Shown: positions 1 to 13,035, counted from the first letter of the whole stretch. The stretch: DNA of 63,199 nucleotides, filler included, from Globobulimina sp. (GCA_003354225.1; 33 parts of 33 records of this genome joined end to end with filler, not necessarily neighbours in it); one strand, 5' to 3'. The notes: generated from the letters alone by a model not told the origin. Numbers and translations are program-made.

Positions 1-64
1 TTTAACTTATATCATTACACAAAAACAATTTATAACTATAACCACAATAAAAACACACACACAC

Positions 65-1819
65 CTTTTTACCGGCAATTTTGGTCTGTAATCCCTGTAA
101 TTGTTGCATCAATTTAGTGACTCTTTCGTCGTCTTTCTTCAATGAAGTACTGGCATCTTCTAAATTATTACTGGCTTTCTCAATTACTTCATTATACCCT
201 CTCAAAATCTCTTTTGATTCGCCAATATCCTCATTATCCGGGGTATGACCTGTCTTTTTGTCCTCTTCTTCAATGACTTCCAACAATCCTTGACATTGCG
301 TCAAATCTCTCCTCGCCGCGCTAATCTTTTGTTTCACCGCCTTATATTCATTTTGTTTCTCCTTCAATCCATCCAAATGTGCCTTTGCATCCACACTCAA
401 ATCGTCCACTTTTTGCTGTGCCTTATGCAAATTAATAGTGCTCATTTTGTTTTTCGCTGTATTGCTTTTATTATTTATGCTCATTCGCTGTGTGCCATTC
501 CAGTCACTCTCGTCCTTACCTTTGCCTTTTGTTTTTGTTTTGGGTTTACTCCAATCATCGTCATAATCATCAGTCTCTACCATGACACTCGAACTGTCAT
601 CAGACTCTTGCGAATCTTCTGTTTGTTTCTGCTTCTTACTGACATGAATACGCTCTGTTCCTTTATAAGAATTCTCGGAATCACTTGTGTCTGACAACAA
701 AAACACTAAATACATATCGTATACAGATATACGCGCATTACATACCATTGTATCTGCGTTTACGTCTTTTTTTGGGTTTACGTTTCTTTGACCGTTTACG
801 CGTACTCTTCACCGCTTGTTTCTCTTCCATCTGTTCCTTGTCCTCATCCTTCAATTTACGCTCCAATTTGCTATATTTACTGCACAATGTCTGTGTCCTT
901 GGCACAAAATCCATAAACCCATTCTGCTGATAATCACTGCTCAATTGCATCATATATGCATTCTCCTCTTCATTCTCCTCATTGATATCCTCACCAATCC
1001 GCTCAATCAAACTCTTCAATTCACTCAAAATCTCATCCCGATTCTCATCCAAATTGGCCACTTTCCGATACAAGCCACTAAACTCCAACTTGTACGGCGA
1101 CGTCGCCGCGGTCACCACTTCATTGTCCTTCGCCTCCTCATCCTCAAACCCATTCAATCCACGGCCACCATCCATAATATCCCCATCAATGGCGCTCAGT
1201 TTATCGTTCAACTTCTTGTTCAACCGATACTTATTCACTTCGTTGCGCATCTCCTCAATCTCCTGCTGCAACCTCTCAGTCTCAGCCTGTTGCCGCAATA
1301 ACTCCAACGGCATATTCTTTATATTTTCGCCGTCCGGATGCAAATCCAACAACAAAGCGCCTAATTCCTCCTCCAACTCGCATTCTAACGGCACACTTAC
1401 ATCCAAATACTCCTTCAAATCGCTCTTGTTCGGCTTCTCCAACTTATTTTTGCCTTTACTGATCCGCTTATTCTCGTCCAACTTGCTCAGACGCTTCAGT
1501 TTCGGCTTCAATTTCTCCTCCAACTCCTTCAGCCGATTGCTGGTCACTGCCATGGCGTCCTTTCGTTTCCGCCATTTTACACACGTATCCATGTACTCTT
1601 TGCACAGATATTTCTTGTGTATAATCACCTTAGTTCTCTGGCCACGGACTCTGGCCTGTCGTTGCAACTTATTATCGTTCTTGCCTTTTTTCTTCATTTT
1701 GTCCCATTTGCTATTCATTTCCAGCAACTTTTGCTGCCGTAATAGCTCTTGTCGCCGCTTTTCAATGTCGGCCATTTCCTGCTTCTTTTTCCTGTCAAAC
1801 AGCTTATTCTGAGCGTCGT
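65..1819 (-). CDS. Hypothetical charged coiled-coil protein, partial, spliced
   Basis: ORFs 738-1775 and 2-748 join in frame through GT-AG intron 691-745 (AAT G|AC ACA); K/E-rich helical content and basic NLS-like stretch. Confidence 0.6.
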
Positions 1820-1919
1820 NNNNNNNNNNNNNNNNNNNNNNNNNNNNNNNNNNNNNNNNNNNNTTAATTAATTAANNNNNNNNNNNNNNNNNNNNNNNNN
1901 NNNNNNNNNNNNNNNNNNN
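1820..1919. other. Artificial contig spacer (N run + TTAATTAATTAA + N run); recurs every ~1.92 kb, 32 spacers separating 33 contigs
   Basis: Same 100-nt linker at regular intervals; neighbouring contigs are unrelated in content and composition and decrease slowly in length. Confidence 0.99.
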
Positions 1920-2083
1920 GTTGCAAAGTTTGTATATTTTGCAACTTTCTTCTTTGTCCAATTCCAATTCAGTATACAATTAAATATTTAATATCACAAT
2001 AAAAAGTCGCAAGTATAGCGTGCATTAAGTTTGTTAAATTAAATAGTTCGCAAAAGCGCACAGCCTGCTTGTCTTCGAAAACC

Positions 2084-3109
2084 ATGTCACATAGCAATTT
2101 TAGTTCGCCTGCAACAAATAATAAGCATGTTAATAACAAAGCACATCGAAGCAATTTATCTGGTTTACTTGAACAAAGATTAAATCAACACAATAATAAA
2201 ATGAGTAATAAGATTGCCGCTAATTCCACGGATCCATTTTTGGAAAACATTGTACAAATAAAACGACGAATATCAATCAGTGATAAGATACCAACGCCAT
2301 ATAACTCACCAGCTATTGGCCACCATGCCCTTCAATCTCAATTATCTCATAGACATAATCCATATCATTCGTTTCCAAATCAATATAATAAAAGACCACC
2401 TGGTTTAGTATCACCATTGCATTTGAGTTTAAAAATTAAACCAAAATCATTTACAAACACTCCGCCTGTTACACCGGACCAAAATTATCATAACAACAAC
2501 AACTCAAAACAATCGACATCATTAAGTTGAGTATTTCCTGTCGGACTTTTAATATTTAATTAATTAATATTTATTTTTTTATTTTTTGTAATTATAAATT
2601 AAGTCCATTGCAAGGATCGATCATTATTATTGTCACCGGATGCACGCGCCATAGTAATTAGTGAGTCATCACATTCACATTCACATATTAATGCAACATT
2701 TGATTGTTTAACGGATGATATCGATTATGATATTGAGTTTAAGAATGAGTGGGACAAATTAAATGTCGATGTAATGCCACATCATTTATATAATGGATCT
2801 CCAAACGGACAAAGATTGCGTTCCTTATCATGTTCAGCAACAACGATGGTGAAGAAAACAAAAATTATGTCACCTCGCCTATCCGCCGTGCCATGCTGCC
2901 CCGTATTAAGACCAATATCTAATGCAGTTCGTAAAAACTCATTTGACGATCCTGAACCTTTGACAATTCCGCCCAGTCCAACATCGCCACAATTTGTGAG
3001 CAAACACAGTTCTTCAATTACTCCGCACACAAATGAAGAGGAAGAGGATACATTCATGTCAAAATTCGATGAGTTACAATCGTATGGAGATATATTGATG
3101 GATGAATAA
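2084..3109 (+). CDS. Hypothetical Ser/Pro/His/Asn-rich disordered protein, 2 exons
   Basis: Intron 2526-2603 joins ORFs 2069-2530 and 2630-3109 in frame; many SP/TP sites. Confidence 0.6.
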
Positions 3110-3285
3110 AAATTAATGATAAAAGTACAAACATTCATTTTACATTTGTTATTTTATCAATATAATATAATTTATATATAAATTTTAATTTTCAACTTGT
3201 AATCGTTATAACTATACTTTTCTTAAATAAATTGATTATTATAGATGTAAAATATGTCTTTTCCCACTCAAAAAACAGTCTGCTA

Positions 3286-3738
3286 ATGTCGTTACGAGAT
3301 TTAGTGAAGCAAAGTAGGTTTAAAAGTAAAAGTCATCTGAATCTGCAACCAAATTACTTTTTGTTTGTTTGTTTGTTTTAGGAATAATAAAAAATATAAT
3401 CCAAGATGCTCAGTCTAAAATGAAAAAGAGATACACTGTGATTGTAGCGGACGATACAACGATTAAAATATTACATCATTGTTTTAGAATGCATGAATTG
3501 AATGAATTGGATGTCGGAGTAGTATTAAATGTAAAATTTCCTCGGGAAAGAGTCAAAGTATCACCGATATATTTTTTATCTTCGGACTACGAATCCGCTA
3601 AACATATGTGTGCAGATTACGCAAACCCCAAAGAAACGAGATATGCTGCTCCAGTGCACGCATATTTTAATTCAAGTTATGCGAAAATGCGATCGATCGA
3701 TTATCCTTTCACAGTTCTCACATATTCATATTCATATT
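3286..3738 (+). CDS. SEC1: Sec1/Munc18 (SM) family protein, N-terminal part
   Basis: ATG 3286 plus intron 3314-3381 gives MSLRDLVKQRII...VIVADDTTIKILHHCFRMHEL...PRERV..PIYFLS, the SM-family N-terminal pattern. Confidence 0.8.
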
Positions 3739-3839
3739 NNNNNNNNNNNNNNNNNNNNNNNNNNNNNNNNNNNNNNNNNNNNTTAATTAATTAANNNNNN
3801 NNNNNNNNNNNNNNNNNNNNNNNNNNNNNNNNNNNNNNA

Positions 3840-4097
3840 CAGAAGGCGGAAAAAGCCGAAGCGGAACGCATCAAACAAAAGGCAGCGGACGACGAAGCCG
3901 AGGCAATAGCCAACGCTCAAAAATTGGCCGCAGTAACAGAAGCGGAGGCCAAAGTCGCAAAGGCGCAAGAAGCAGCCGACAAAGCGACAGCCGATGCCGC
4001 AGAAGACCCGGAAAACTCAGGGCTTAAAGGGAAGTCAACAAAGGCGACTAACGCCCTTGGTAAAGCTCAAAAAGAACTAGACGCACTAAAAGGCTAA
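3840..4097 (+). CDS. Phage Ala/Lys/Glu-rich helical protein, 5'-partial
   Basis: Open frame QKAEKAEAERIKQKAADDEAE...ELDALKG* directly upstream of the neck genes; absent from the ORF track. Confidence 0.7.
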   Translation, partial: QKAEKAEAERIKQKAADDEAEAIANAQKLAAVTEAEAKVAKAQEAADKATADAAEDPENSGLKGKSTKATNALGKAQKELDALKG

Positions 4098-4100
4098 ATA

Positions 4101-4748
4101 ATGTCGACTAATATCAAGGTCAATAATTATGAGTTTACCACTCCGCCCGCGGGCGAGGTGGTTTCCATTGAGCTAGTTAAATCTAACGCCCGGATCACGA
4201 GCTCGGCGGAAGATGTGCTGATTCAATTTTATATTGATATGGCTGTCGACCGTATTAGCCGGGTCACTAATCGATTATTACAGCCCGCAGTCCTACAAGG
4301 TTTCTACCCTTACCCAACTTGTGGACGCTATGAACTGGACGTATTTGTCCCGGTTGAAAAAACCCCCATAACTTTGATTAATGAGGTCGCTATCTGGGAC
4401 GGGACGGACTACGTCGCACTAGATGCCGCCGAATGGCAACAACTGGAAACCGCCACTTATTCGCGGATCCTTTTTGATTCGACAGTTATTTTTGATCAGT
4501 CGTTAACGTCCGACGATTTACAACCTTATTTAATCCGGGTTGATTTCGATGCCGGATATGCAGACGCGGACGCCATTCCGCCTTCCTTACGGGGCGCAGT
4601 GATGCAGTATGCCACATGGTTATATAAAAACCGCGGGGATTGTTCAGACTGCGACAGTAGCACCGTTAAGAGCGTGGGCGGCTTTATGTTCCCGAACTCA
4701 ATCGCCGATCTGGTTTGCTCGTTTATTATTCGCCGGGTATTCGGCTAA
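4101..4748 (+). CDS. Phage head-tail connector/adaptor (HK97 gp6 / SPP1 gp15-like)
   Basis: VSIELVK..ARI....ED.LIQ.YI..A N-terminus; F.AGY..ADAIP..LR.AV.....LYKNR C-terminus; position in the neck module. Confidence 0.85.
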   Translation: MSTNIKVNNYEFTTPPAGEVVSIELVKSNARITSSAEDVLIQFYIDMAVDRISRVTNRLLQPAVLQGFYPYPTCGRYELDVFVPVEKTPITLINEVAIWDGTDYVALDAAEWQQLETATYSRILFDSTVIFDQSLTSDDLQPYLIRVDFDAGYADADAIPPSLRGAVMQYATWLYKNRGDCSDCDSSTVKSVGGFMFPNSIADLVCSFIIRRVFG

Positions 4749-5149
4749 TGAGCTGTTCAACTAGACGATATAAAAAAACGGACCTTTGCGCGGGCGACCT
4801 AGACAAAGATATCAGCATAGAGACGCGCACCTTAGGCACTCCGGGACCTAACGACACCGTCCCCCCTCTGGTTCTAACGGTATTAAAATCCCCAGTATGG
4901 GCGGGAGTAGAAACGGTCAAAGGGACAGCGCGATTTGATGGGGTCAACATCGAAGACCGCCCGACACATATCTGGGGCACAAGATACGACCCGGACATTA
5001 TGAGTCTGGAAGTCGCTAACAATTTTGTACAATTCAGAGGCCGACTATTCCGGATCGTCAATGTGAAAATTAACGACGAAGACGACCGGATAATCGACAT
5101 AGAGGCCACGGAGCGGGGCATCGATACGCAACTAGCGGCGCTCGCATAA
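4748..5149 (+). CDS. Phage head closure/stopper protein (SPP1 gp16-like)
   Basis: AGDLDKDISI, PVWAGV, THIW.TRY, GRLFRIVNV motifs; TAATG overlap with upstream gene. Confidence 0.8.
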   Translation: MSCSTRRYKKTDLCAGDLDKDISIETRTLGTPGPNDTVPPLVLTVLKSPVWAGVETVKGTARFDGVNIEDRPTHIWGTRYDPDIMSLEVANNFVQFRGRLFRIVNVKINDEDDRIIDIEATERGIDTQLAALA

Positions 5150-5583
5150 TGACTATAACCGTATCCGTACATAAGCGATCTAAACAGGTATTAATTGATC
5201 TAGGGCACCATAGGACCCGATTTAGCGATGGGATCCGGGAAGCGCTCCGGGATATCGGACAATTGCACGTAATCGAAATCCGGCGCCTGTTAGATACTGG
5301 CCCAAAAACTGGGCGAATATATACCAAGCCCGGAAGACCTCCGCACCAAGCGTCCGCACCCGGACAAGCACCGGCGACAGAAACCGGGGCGCTTGCTAAG
5401 TCCGCGGATTATGCAGCCCGGGATCTAGAACTTGAGGTAGGCGAGAGAGAGCCATACGCCCGGAGACTTGAGGACGGCGGCGGCAGAATAAAACCACGCC
5501 CGCATATTGTAGTCGCGGCGAATAATGTCGCAGGCGATGCGGTCGAGATGTTAGAGGAACGAGTAGCGGAAAGGATATTTTAA
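5149..5583 (+). CDS. HK97 gp10-like tail completion/neck protein
   Basis: GRIY...HQASAPGQAPATETGALAKS and YARRLE.G..RIKPRP signature; TAATG coupling. Confidence 0.85.
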   Translation: MTITVSVHKRSKQVLIDLGHHRTRFSDGIREALRDIGQLHVIEIRRLLDTGPKTGRIYTKPGRPPHQASAPGQAPATETGALAKSADYAARDLELEVGEREPYARRLEDGGGRIKPRPHIVVAANNVAGDAVEMLEERVAERIF

Positions 5584-5657
5584 TGATTTCACCTCGCGAC
5601 ATAGTCACACATTTGAGGACTTACCTCCCGGCGGTTACTGATAAGTTTCACGACACT
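5583..5657 (+). CDS. Next phage structural gene (probable tail terminator), start only
   Basis: TAATG overlap, MISPRDIVTHLRTYLPAVTDKFHD runs off contig; function from gene order only. Confidence 0.5.
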
Positions 5658-5969
5658 NNNNNNNNNNNNNNNNNNNNNNNNNNNNNNNNNNNNNNNNNNN
5701 NTTAATTAATTAANNNNNNNNNNNNNNNNNNNNNNNNNNNNNNNNNNNNNNNNNNNNATCGGAAGGAAAATAGGTTAATAATAAAATGTTAATGGTTCCC
5801 GATGAAACACAACCTTTAACAATTCAATTTTGACTTTCAATGTTTTTATTTTGAATAATCTGTAAAAAACTGTAAAAAACTGTAAATTCAAAGAGTTTAC
5901 AGCAAAAAACAGTAATTTCAAACTGAAAAGCAAAAAGTTAAATGTTACCTTTAACATTTTATTATTAAC

Positions 5970-6434
5970 CTATTTTCCTTCCAATAAATCACGTTGTATA
6001 TATTGTTTGCATTCATCTTTTTTATTGTCCACATCATCAAAATCATCATTTTCAATGTACTTTTTTTGCGTAAACCACAATTTGACCAAACCCGCAGCAC
6101 ATTTTGCGAGTGTATCAACGTGATCATTCAATTTAGATTCTGAGTGACTGTGTACCCAGAAGAATTTGATAAAATTGTCGTGATAATTACAATTTGCTAT
6201 GATTTGTATTTGATTGTTTGCCTCGATGAATAAATCAATTATAACATCATCGGACGGAGAATGGGTTTGAGATAATATGTTGAGGCAATTCTGGCTATCT
6301 GTGATGATAGAAATACCTTCGGATTTATCAACATACTTCGTTTTATTGTCTTTATTATTGATCCACTTTAATGTACATAGTAACACATAGAATTCCATAA
6401 TGTTTATGTGTGTACGTACACTGAGTGGGAGCAC
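5970..6434 (-). mobile_element. Retroelement-type RNase H domain fragment
   Basis: HINIMEF (catalytic E), ISIITDSQ (D), FFWVHSH...NDHVDTLAK (H, D); first catalytic Asp region not seen. Confidence 0.7.
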
Positions 6435-6943
6435 AATTTAGTGAAGGAATCAGGAAGAAACAAGAATGAAATTTTAAGGCAATCGCTAAGTGCTTGTGGT
6501 TCAATGACCGAATGTTGCTGCATTAAAAGGATTATATTTTTAATGCGATTCTACAGAACATTTGAAAATGATTTGCAACAAATCATTGAAGCAATGAATT
6601 TATTAAATGATCACTATCATATTCTGGAGTTTCATAAACAGAGAGACAAACATTTTGATTTTATTTTTAAGCAAATAACTAAGATTATAATTTATTTATG
6701 GAAGAGAGCAAGATTTGAATTAATAAATAAATAAAGTGTCTACACAGCAAATAATCAATCGGGAAAAAGTAATAATAAGAAATAGATAATATAAAGATAT
6801 GAAATATAATTTATTAAATAAATATATTTCAAAATAACCCCGATTGCCCGCGTGAAACAAGAATTAAATTTTAATGGCGCCTCGAATGTGAAGAAATTTA
6901 AAGAGGCAATAGAAAGAAAGGAAATTTATGAAAAAATATAGAA

Positions 6944-7225
6944 TTATCTTTTTTTTGATTTGTGGAAGCAAAATTTACGATCAATACATTTTGCCCACGG
7001 GTCAAAAACAACACCTGTTTGGATAAATTGTCTATTTTTAATAATTAAATTATTTTGGTGATGAGGACCGTGAATTAAATCCATTACAAAATGACTTAAA
7101 TTTATAGCATCAGGCCTGATGTAACGCATACTAACATCAGGCAATTTGGAGTCACTCCAACCAACATATTTCAAAATCCTACCATGAGCAATCCCTACTT
7201 GAGAGCAAGCTGTTAATGAATTCAT
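6944..7225 (-). mobile_element. Tyrosine recombinase C-terminal fragment (DIRS/Crypton-like), 5'-truncated
   Basis: GIAHGRILKYVGWS...MRYIR resembles the YR box II GxW..catalytic Y; upstream HxLR motif missing. Confidence 0.55.
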
Positions 7226-7676
7226 TGTTGGAATATGGCAAAAATCATTGCATGTTTTTTAAATGATGAAAAATCACTAAAAAAATCATTAAATATGAAA
7301 TTTTAGCAAAAAAACAACCAAAAACCAAAGAAAAATCCAAAATTACATATTTTTTTGTGTGTTTTACATATTGGTGCTATTTACACATCAACAATAATTC
7401 AGTTTAAATCTGCCACACCATCGCTTGTTGTTGTTGTTGTTTGAGTATGACTATGACATGATGACTGATGAGAGAGGAGGTTGTTTTTTGAGTTGAGAAA
7501 ATGTAAATTAATTTAATAAATAATGACAATTTTACAATTTTTGATCATATGTAAATTTTTTGGTCTTCATCTTATCNNNNNNNNNNNNNNNNNNNNNNNN
7601 NNNNNNNNNNNNNNNNNNNNTTAATTAATTAANNNNNNNNNNNNNNNNNNNNNNNNNNNNNNNNNNNNNNNNNNNN

Positions 7677-8897
7677 CGAGTTAGTTTCCAAAGAATGTGC
7701 ATGTTTCTCTATCTCTGAATAGTTTGCAAAGATGCAATCGACAATATTTCTGCTGTCAATATGATCGTATCCAATCCACCGTGAATAGGTATTTGATAAC
7801 AATCCAATTAAAAAGTTTGCATTGAACAAGTTCTTCAGATTCGTGCCTATTGCAAACCGACTCATGTTGCCATAGCCATTGATCCATTCAATATTCATTC
7901 CCAATTTCTTTATTTTATGATCGTATTCGTACTGCTTTATCTCAGTTATTCCCATTGTTGCTCTGTGATATAAATCGGCTATAAAACCTTTCATTTCTTG
8001 GTTTGAACTGCATGCCACCAAATTATTGTTGCTGTCGTTATAATAAATATTAGCAACAGCGGTTTTGAAATTGGTTTGAAATGCTAACATTGACAATCTA
8101 TGTTCAATTGGATCACGAATAATAATCGAATTATAAAATTGTGGACAAAGTCTGTTGTTTGTTAATGGTGCTTCGTTCTCAAATCTTAACAGAGTAATGT
8201 TGCAACTATTTATCTCGTCAAATAATGTGGAACATGTTGGAAATGGCTTGATTGATGTCATTGAGCGAAATCCTTTAAATATATAACGGCCATAATTGAG
8301 CGGTGGATTCATCTTTTCAACTCGAGGGATTTGCTGCTTTGTATAATTGAATAACTTGGCCAATGCATGCGTATCTTTTCTAAAGCCCGTCCCGCCAGCT
8401 TTGCTAATGTGAGTATGGAAGAGTTTTGAACGTTTCTTGTTATTGAACGGTTTGAGAAAATCAAATATGATTTTGTTGAAACAGTCGCTATGATTTTGCT
8501 CACTTTTTTGTTGATAAACATTGAAAAAGAATTCTCGACGAAATGATAAAACAAATAATGGTGATAAGACTTGCATGTTATTCAATAAATACGCCAAAGC
8601 AAAATAACATTCATCATTAGTTTTAGAGATATTTTGTAGTTTAATGTCTTTGCATAAAATGGGAAATGAGATACATGTGAATTGGAATGGTGTTAGATTT
8701 TGTAAAGGTTTATCGTATGTGTTTGATATCGTAGCTACAGACCCATTCTCAATAAGCATCATGTAACGGGAATTCATGAAAATGAAAGCAAAGCTGAACG
8801 AGATAATGATGCCATTCAATATGCCAATTATGGTTTTATAACGAAGGAGAACCTGTTGTGGGTAGCATGCCATCGCCAGTAGAGCTTTTAGTAACAA
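7677..8897 (-). CDS. Golgi-type membrane sulfotransferase, 3'-partial
   Basis: N-terminal TM anchor; 5'-PSB HTHISKAGGT; 3'-PB IIIRDPIEHRLS. Confidence 0.8.
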
Positions 8898-9595
8898 AGT
8901 TTATTTTCTGTGACACAAAAAGTGTGTTGAAAACACAACCTGCGTTATTTTTATCCTACTTTTGGGAAAACTCAGGTTCAACGCATAATTGAATTACTTA
9001 GGTCCATCACCTAGGTCCTAGGTTTGAATAATTACCAGCGTTTTTGCAATATTGAAAATAATTGAAACTTATGTTGGTCGTAATATCCGATATTTATTAA
9101 CATTTAACATCATACGCACATTGTATATCCATGGTATTGCATATATTGGCATCAATGAATACAAATTAAGGTATTGTATTACGGACCATTTACGGTCCTT
9201 TACAAATCAAAATTAATAAAATCTCCGTCTGTTTGTATGCATAAAACGAAAAGTTTTGATTTTGTGCAGCTAAAATATTAATCAATAGTGCCTGCATTAC
9301 CGTCTCTGCAATTTGAATGCTCAAACATTTCGCAATCTGGCTTATTGGTCGAGATCTCGAAGAAAGGCTCCAGATTTGACTATGCTATATTTTTTTATTG
9401 GAACGATAGAAATTTCATTTTATTATTAGATATTCATCGCAGCAAAGACACCAATTCTGATCACTTTAAGGTTCGGTCCAAGCGACCCCATAATGNNNNN
9501 NNNNNNNNNNNNNNNNNNNNNNNNNNNNNNNNNNNNNNNTTAATTAATTAANNNNNNNNNNNNNNNNNNNNNNNNNNNNNNNNNNNNNNNNNNNN

Positions 9596-9690
9596 TTATC
9601 CCTTGACAGGTCCACCATTTATTCAATATATTAGCAGTATAATATATATATTAGTACTAATATGCGTATCTCTTATCGGGAACACTACTG
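9596..9690 (-). mobile_element. Tc1/mariner-type MITE copy 1 (partial), downstream of the LINE ORF2 fragment
   Basis: Minus strand TA|CAGTAGTGTTCCCGATAAGAGATACGCATATTAGTACTAA..., a close match to 17056-17150 on another contig. Confidence 0.7.
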
Positions 9691-9754
9691 TACTTTGCTT
9701 CCTTGCCTGCCTTCAACATAACAGATATTTCTCTGATGTTCATCGATTTCACTC

Positions 9755-11326
9755 TCAGACCCATAATAAATAATATATTATCAGCAAAGTATAATTCGAT
9801 TTGTCCGAATTACTCGCCTTATTTCGACTAAATGACATGATAACTTTTCGTGTTTCGTCCAGTCTCATAATAGAATTTAATTCGGTCGTCTGATCCTTAT
9901 GCGATTTAGTGCCAAATTTGGATCTGTTGGACTTCCGATATTTGTCCACAATCTTATCAAATTCACTGTGTTCAAATTGCTCTTCTTCTTCTTCCATTTC
10001 ATCATCGTCGAATCTATGGATAAAATTCAAATAATTGTTCGCTTTATCCATTGATTTGATAGCATCGATGGTGCCATCCTTCTTATACCAAACTGGTATC
10101 ATATCCGTTGCCGTTTTATCTTCTTTGATGATTTTATTAATTCTCTTCCACGGCATCCGTCCTCCAATTGACATTGATCGGACTTCCTCCTTCAACCATG
10201 ATATCCGGCCAAATTCGCATAAATCATTTCTAACTGTTTTCTTTGCCTCCAATATGTGCTTACAATGCTTTTTTTTCTTTTTTGAGAAAGATTCAAAGCG
10301 TTTCTTATAACACTTAAAGTCCGCAATGGCTCTACGGATTTTATGTGTCATCCATGGCATCTCTCTGCCCCTCGTCTTCCTCCTTATTCCCAACACATCC
10401 ATCGAAGTATCAATGATCACCTTTTTAAAAAATGTATCGACTGCGTCGATAATATCGTCCTCCGTCATCTTGCCGTACTGCATCAAATACTGTCTATCAA
10501 TGGTCGTATTGCCATTGCCATAGACATCCAAATAGTGATCGATAATGCGGTTTATCTTATCGCCATAATGGCCGTTCCATTCCGATACTTTGTCACTGAG
10601 TTCCGCTTCCCACGCTGTCCAATTCCTGTCATCTCCCAATTTAATGGCAAATTCATCCGGACTTTGTTCATACAAATCACCTTTGCTGTGAAATGTAAAC
10701 AAACATACATGGTCAGAGAAATATTTCTCCTCATTACAATCACTAAAATCCTCGCTCCAACAATGCCATTCTTCCTCTCTCGTTTTGTCGTTTATCATAA
10801 CTACATCGGGCGCCGTCCTCTGCTTCTTACGAATTCTCGTTGGCTTTCCATCATTAAGCACCGTCCATTTTTTTTGATAAATCCATTCCGCCAACGTATC
10901 GCCACATTTTTGCGCCTTCGATGATCGAATCTCGCCGTCAAACCACGCATTATTATGGGCGTTATAATCGCCTCCTGACCAAATTGGAAATTTCTTAATG
11001 TCCCGTTTCTTGCTTAATGTGTCAAAATATTTTGTTATCAGACTAATTTTTGAGCCGTGCGGTCCTCCATTCTGCGGTCGATAATAAGTATTCACCACAA
11101 ATGATTGACTCATATTATTTCCATATATCTTTACTGTCAACGCATACAATTTTGACATCAACAAACTTGTTCTTAGCGCGTTGAAGTCTGACTGTGATGG
11201 GCTTAGTGCCTTTATTTCTTTGTCGATATCGTTATTGTGCCTACAAATAATATTAACTCTTTCATGATGTATTCCATTGCGAATTAAAATAAGCACCTTA
11301 CCATACCCATTTTTCTTCATTGCCAA
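9755..11326 (-). mobile_element. Non-LTR retrotransposon ORF2: AP endonuclease plus linker, truncated at start of RT
   Basis: YYRP, GDYNAH, LNDGKPT, APDV, SDH endonuclease motifs; PWMT..I linker; ends at NKAS.SD (KAPGPD-like RT entry) and then a stop. Confidence 0.85.
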
Positions 11327-11538
11327 TGTTTTATATCCTTTTATGTGCCAACTTCAACCAAAACTTTTTACATTAAACAGACTTTTTACATTAAACTGAC
11401 GTTTTTGTAGCGTCNNNNNNNNNNNNNNNNNNNNNNNNNNNNNNNNNNNNNNNNNNNNTTAATTAATTAANNNNNNNNNNNNNNNNNNNNNNNNNNNNNN
11501 NNNNNNNNNNNNNNCATATCTTTAGGCGATTACCCAGT

Positions 11539-13035
11539 ATGGCACAAGAATTACAAGAAGTTGACGACGCGGTCAACAATGATGCAGTATCATCACCAGA
11601 GAATTTCGAAGATGACAAGAAATGCGCAGAAGCCAAATTAGGTATTTCATGGGCACAACTTCGAGAGGTCACAGACCCCGACCGATTAATGATTTATTAC
11701 GGCAAACTCGATACGTACGGCCGACAAATATTTATCCGCACAATCAAAGTGCAGCAAATGCGGACCATCCGAAATGAATTAAAAACGCGAGTCGCGCATC
11801 AAGATCAGCAGCAAGCACAGCAGCGAGCGCAGCAACAGCCGGTATCACAGCAGCAGATGCAACAAATGGTCGATGACCAATATAATTCGCAAGGAATCAA
11901 AGTTTAGTTCCTTTCCAATCTCCAAATCAAACTCAAATAAAGCAGCAAATAGACGCATCGCCAAATATTTACTTTTTTAAATATAATGATGACGTCACTC
12001 CCAACTCACACGGAATAAAAAATGTATATAAATATACAGTCAGTAAGTACCGTGATTGAGAAAATGGGTGAAATGATCGGTTCCCTTTCCGGTGCCATGC
12101 AGACCCAAGGAAAGGAGATCCAGAAAGCAACGAAATCGTTGTCATCATATAATTCGTACAAGATGCAAAATGCAAAGATGCAGCGAATGAATTTAGTTGA
12201 ATTGTATCGAATGGCCGCAGAGATCCATAAATTTGAAAACTGTGTACCGGCCTTCAGAATGAATAGAGCGCGATGCGCCGCATTGAATAAAGGAGTAAAA
12301 TCCCAGGAAGAGAGACTCCCATTCGATGAAAATGCAGAAGGTTTCATATATATTGCATTTATCACATTGGTTGAAGCAGTATTCCCGAGGGAACAGAGAG
12401 AGAGAATGAGACAAAAAGCGAGTGCAATGCACGTGGATTTGTCAAAAATCCCGAAGCAAGACAGAGATGCAAATATCCTCCGTATGGTTGACATCTTCGA
12501 GGAATATGAGTTGATGTCCTTGAGATTTGAAGATGTGATAAGTACCATCGGATGGATCGGAGAGAGAGAGTTTTTAATGTTAGCCGATGCCAGGCAGAAA
12601 ATGCAGCAATTATTACACAGAATAATTGTTAAAACAGACAGGGAAAAGGAGGAGAAATTGGATAACCCCCTCCCTATATTTGCAATGCAACAAATTAAGC
12701 AATTAAATTACGATAAAATCGATCAACTGAAGATTGACAGCGTAATGGATACATTATCGGCAACGACAAAAAAGCCGACCGCGCGCAAAGGGAACCGCTG
12801 TATTTTTGATATAAAAGGCGAGTGTTTGAATTTTATTTATGAGGGATATTGCGATAACGGCACACATATCAATGGGAAATGCGGTGAAAAGAAGCATTTA
12901 CCAAACCCCCTGAAAACAAGGAGGAGGAAGAGAAATGTGAATGAAATGAGGCGGAATAACTACCATCATTCAGCAAATAACAACGATTGGAACAATGGGC
13001 CGAGAGCACCAAATCCAGCGCAAAATAGGCAATAA
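11539..13035 (+). pseudogene. Possible gag-like retroelement ORF, disrupted
   Basis: Two same-strand ORFs (11539-11907, 12022-13035) linked by apparent frameshifts; helical core followed by C-x8-C-x8-C-x4-H knuckle and basic tail. Confidence 0.35.

Noticed and set aside
245-1812. Plus-strand ORFs 245-694, 816-1301 and 982-1812
   Set aside because: Antisense shadows of the K/E-rich minus-strand gene
8998-9025. TAGGTCC motif upstream of several genes (also near 22467 and 28617) as a promoter element
   Set aside because: Short, few instances and inconsistent orientation; cannot be separated from chance without statistics
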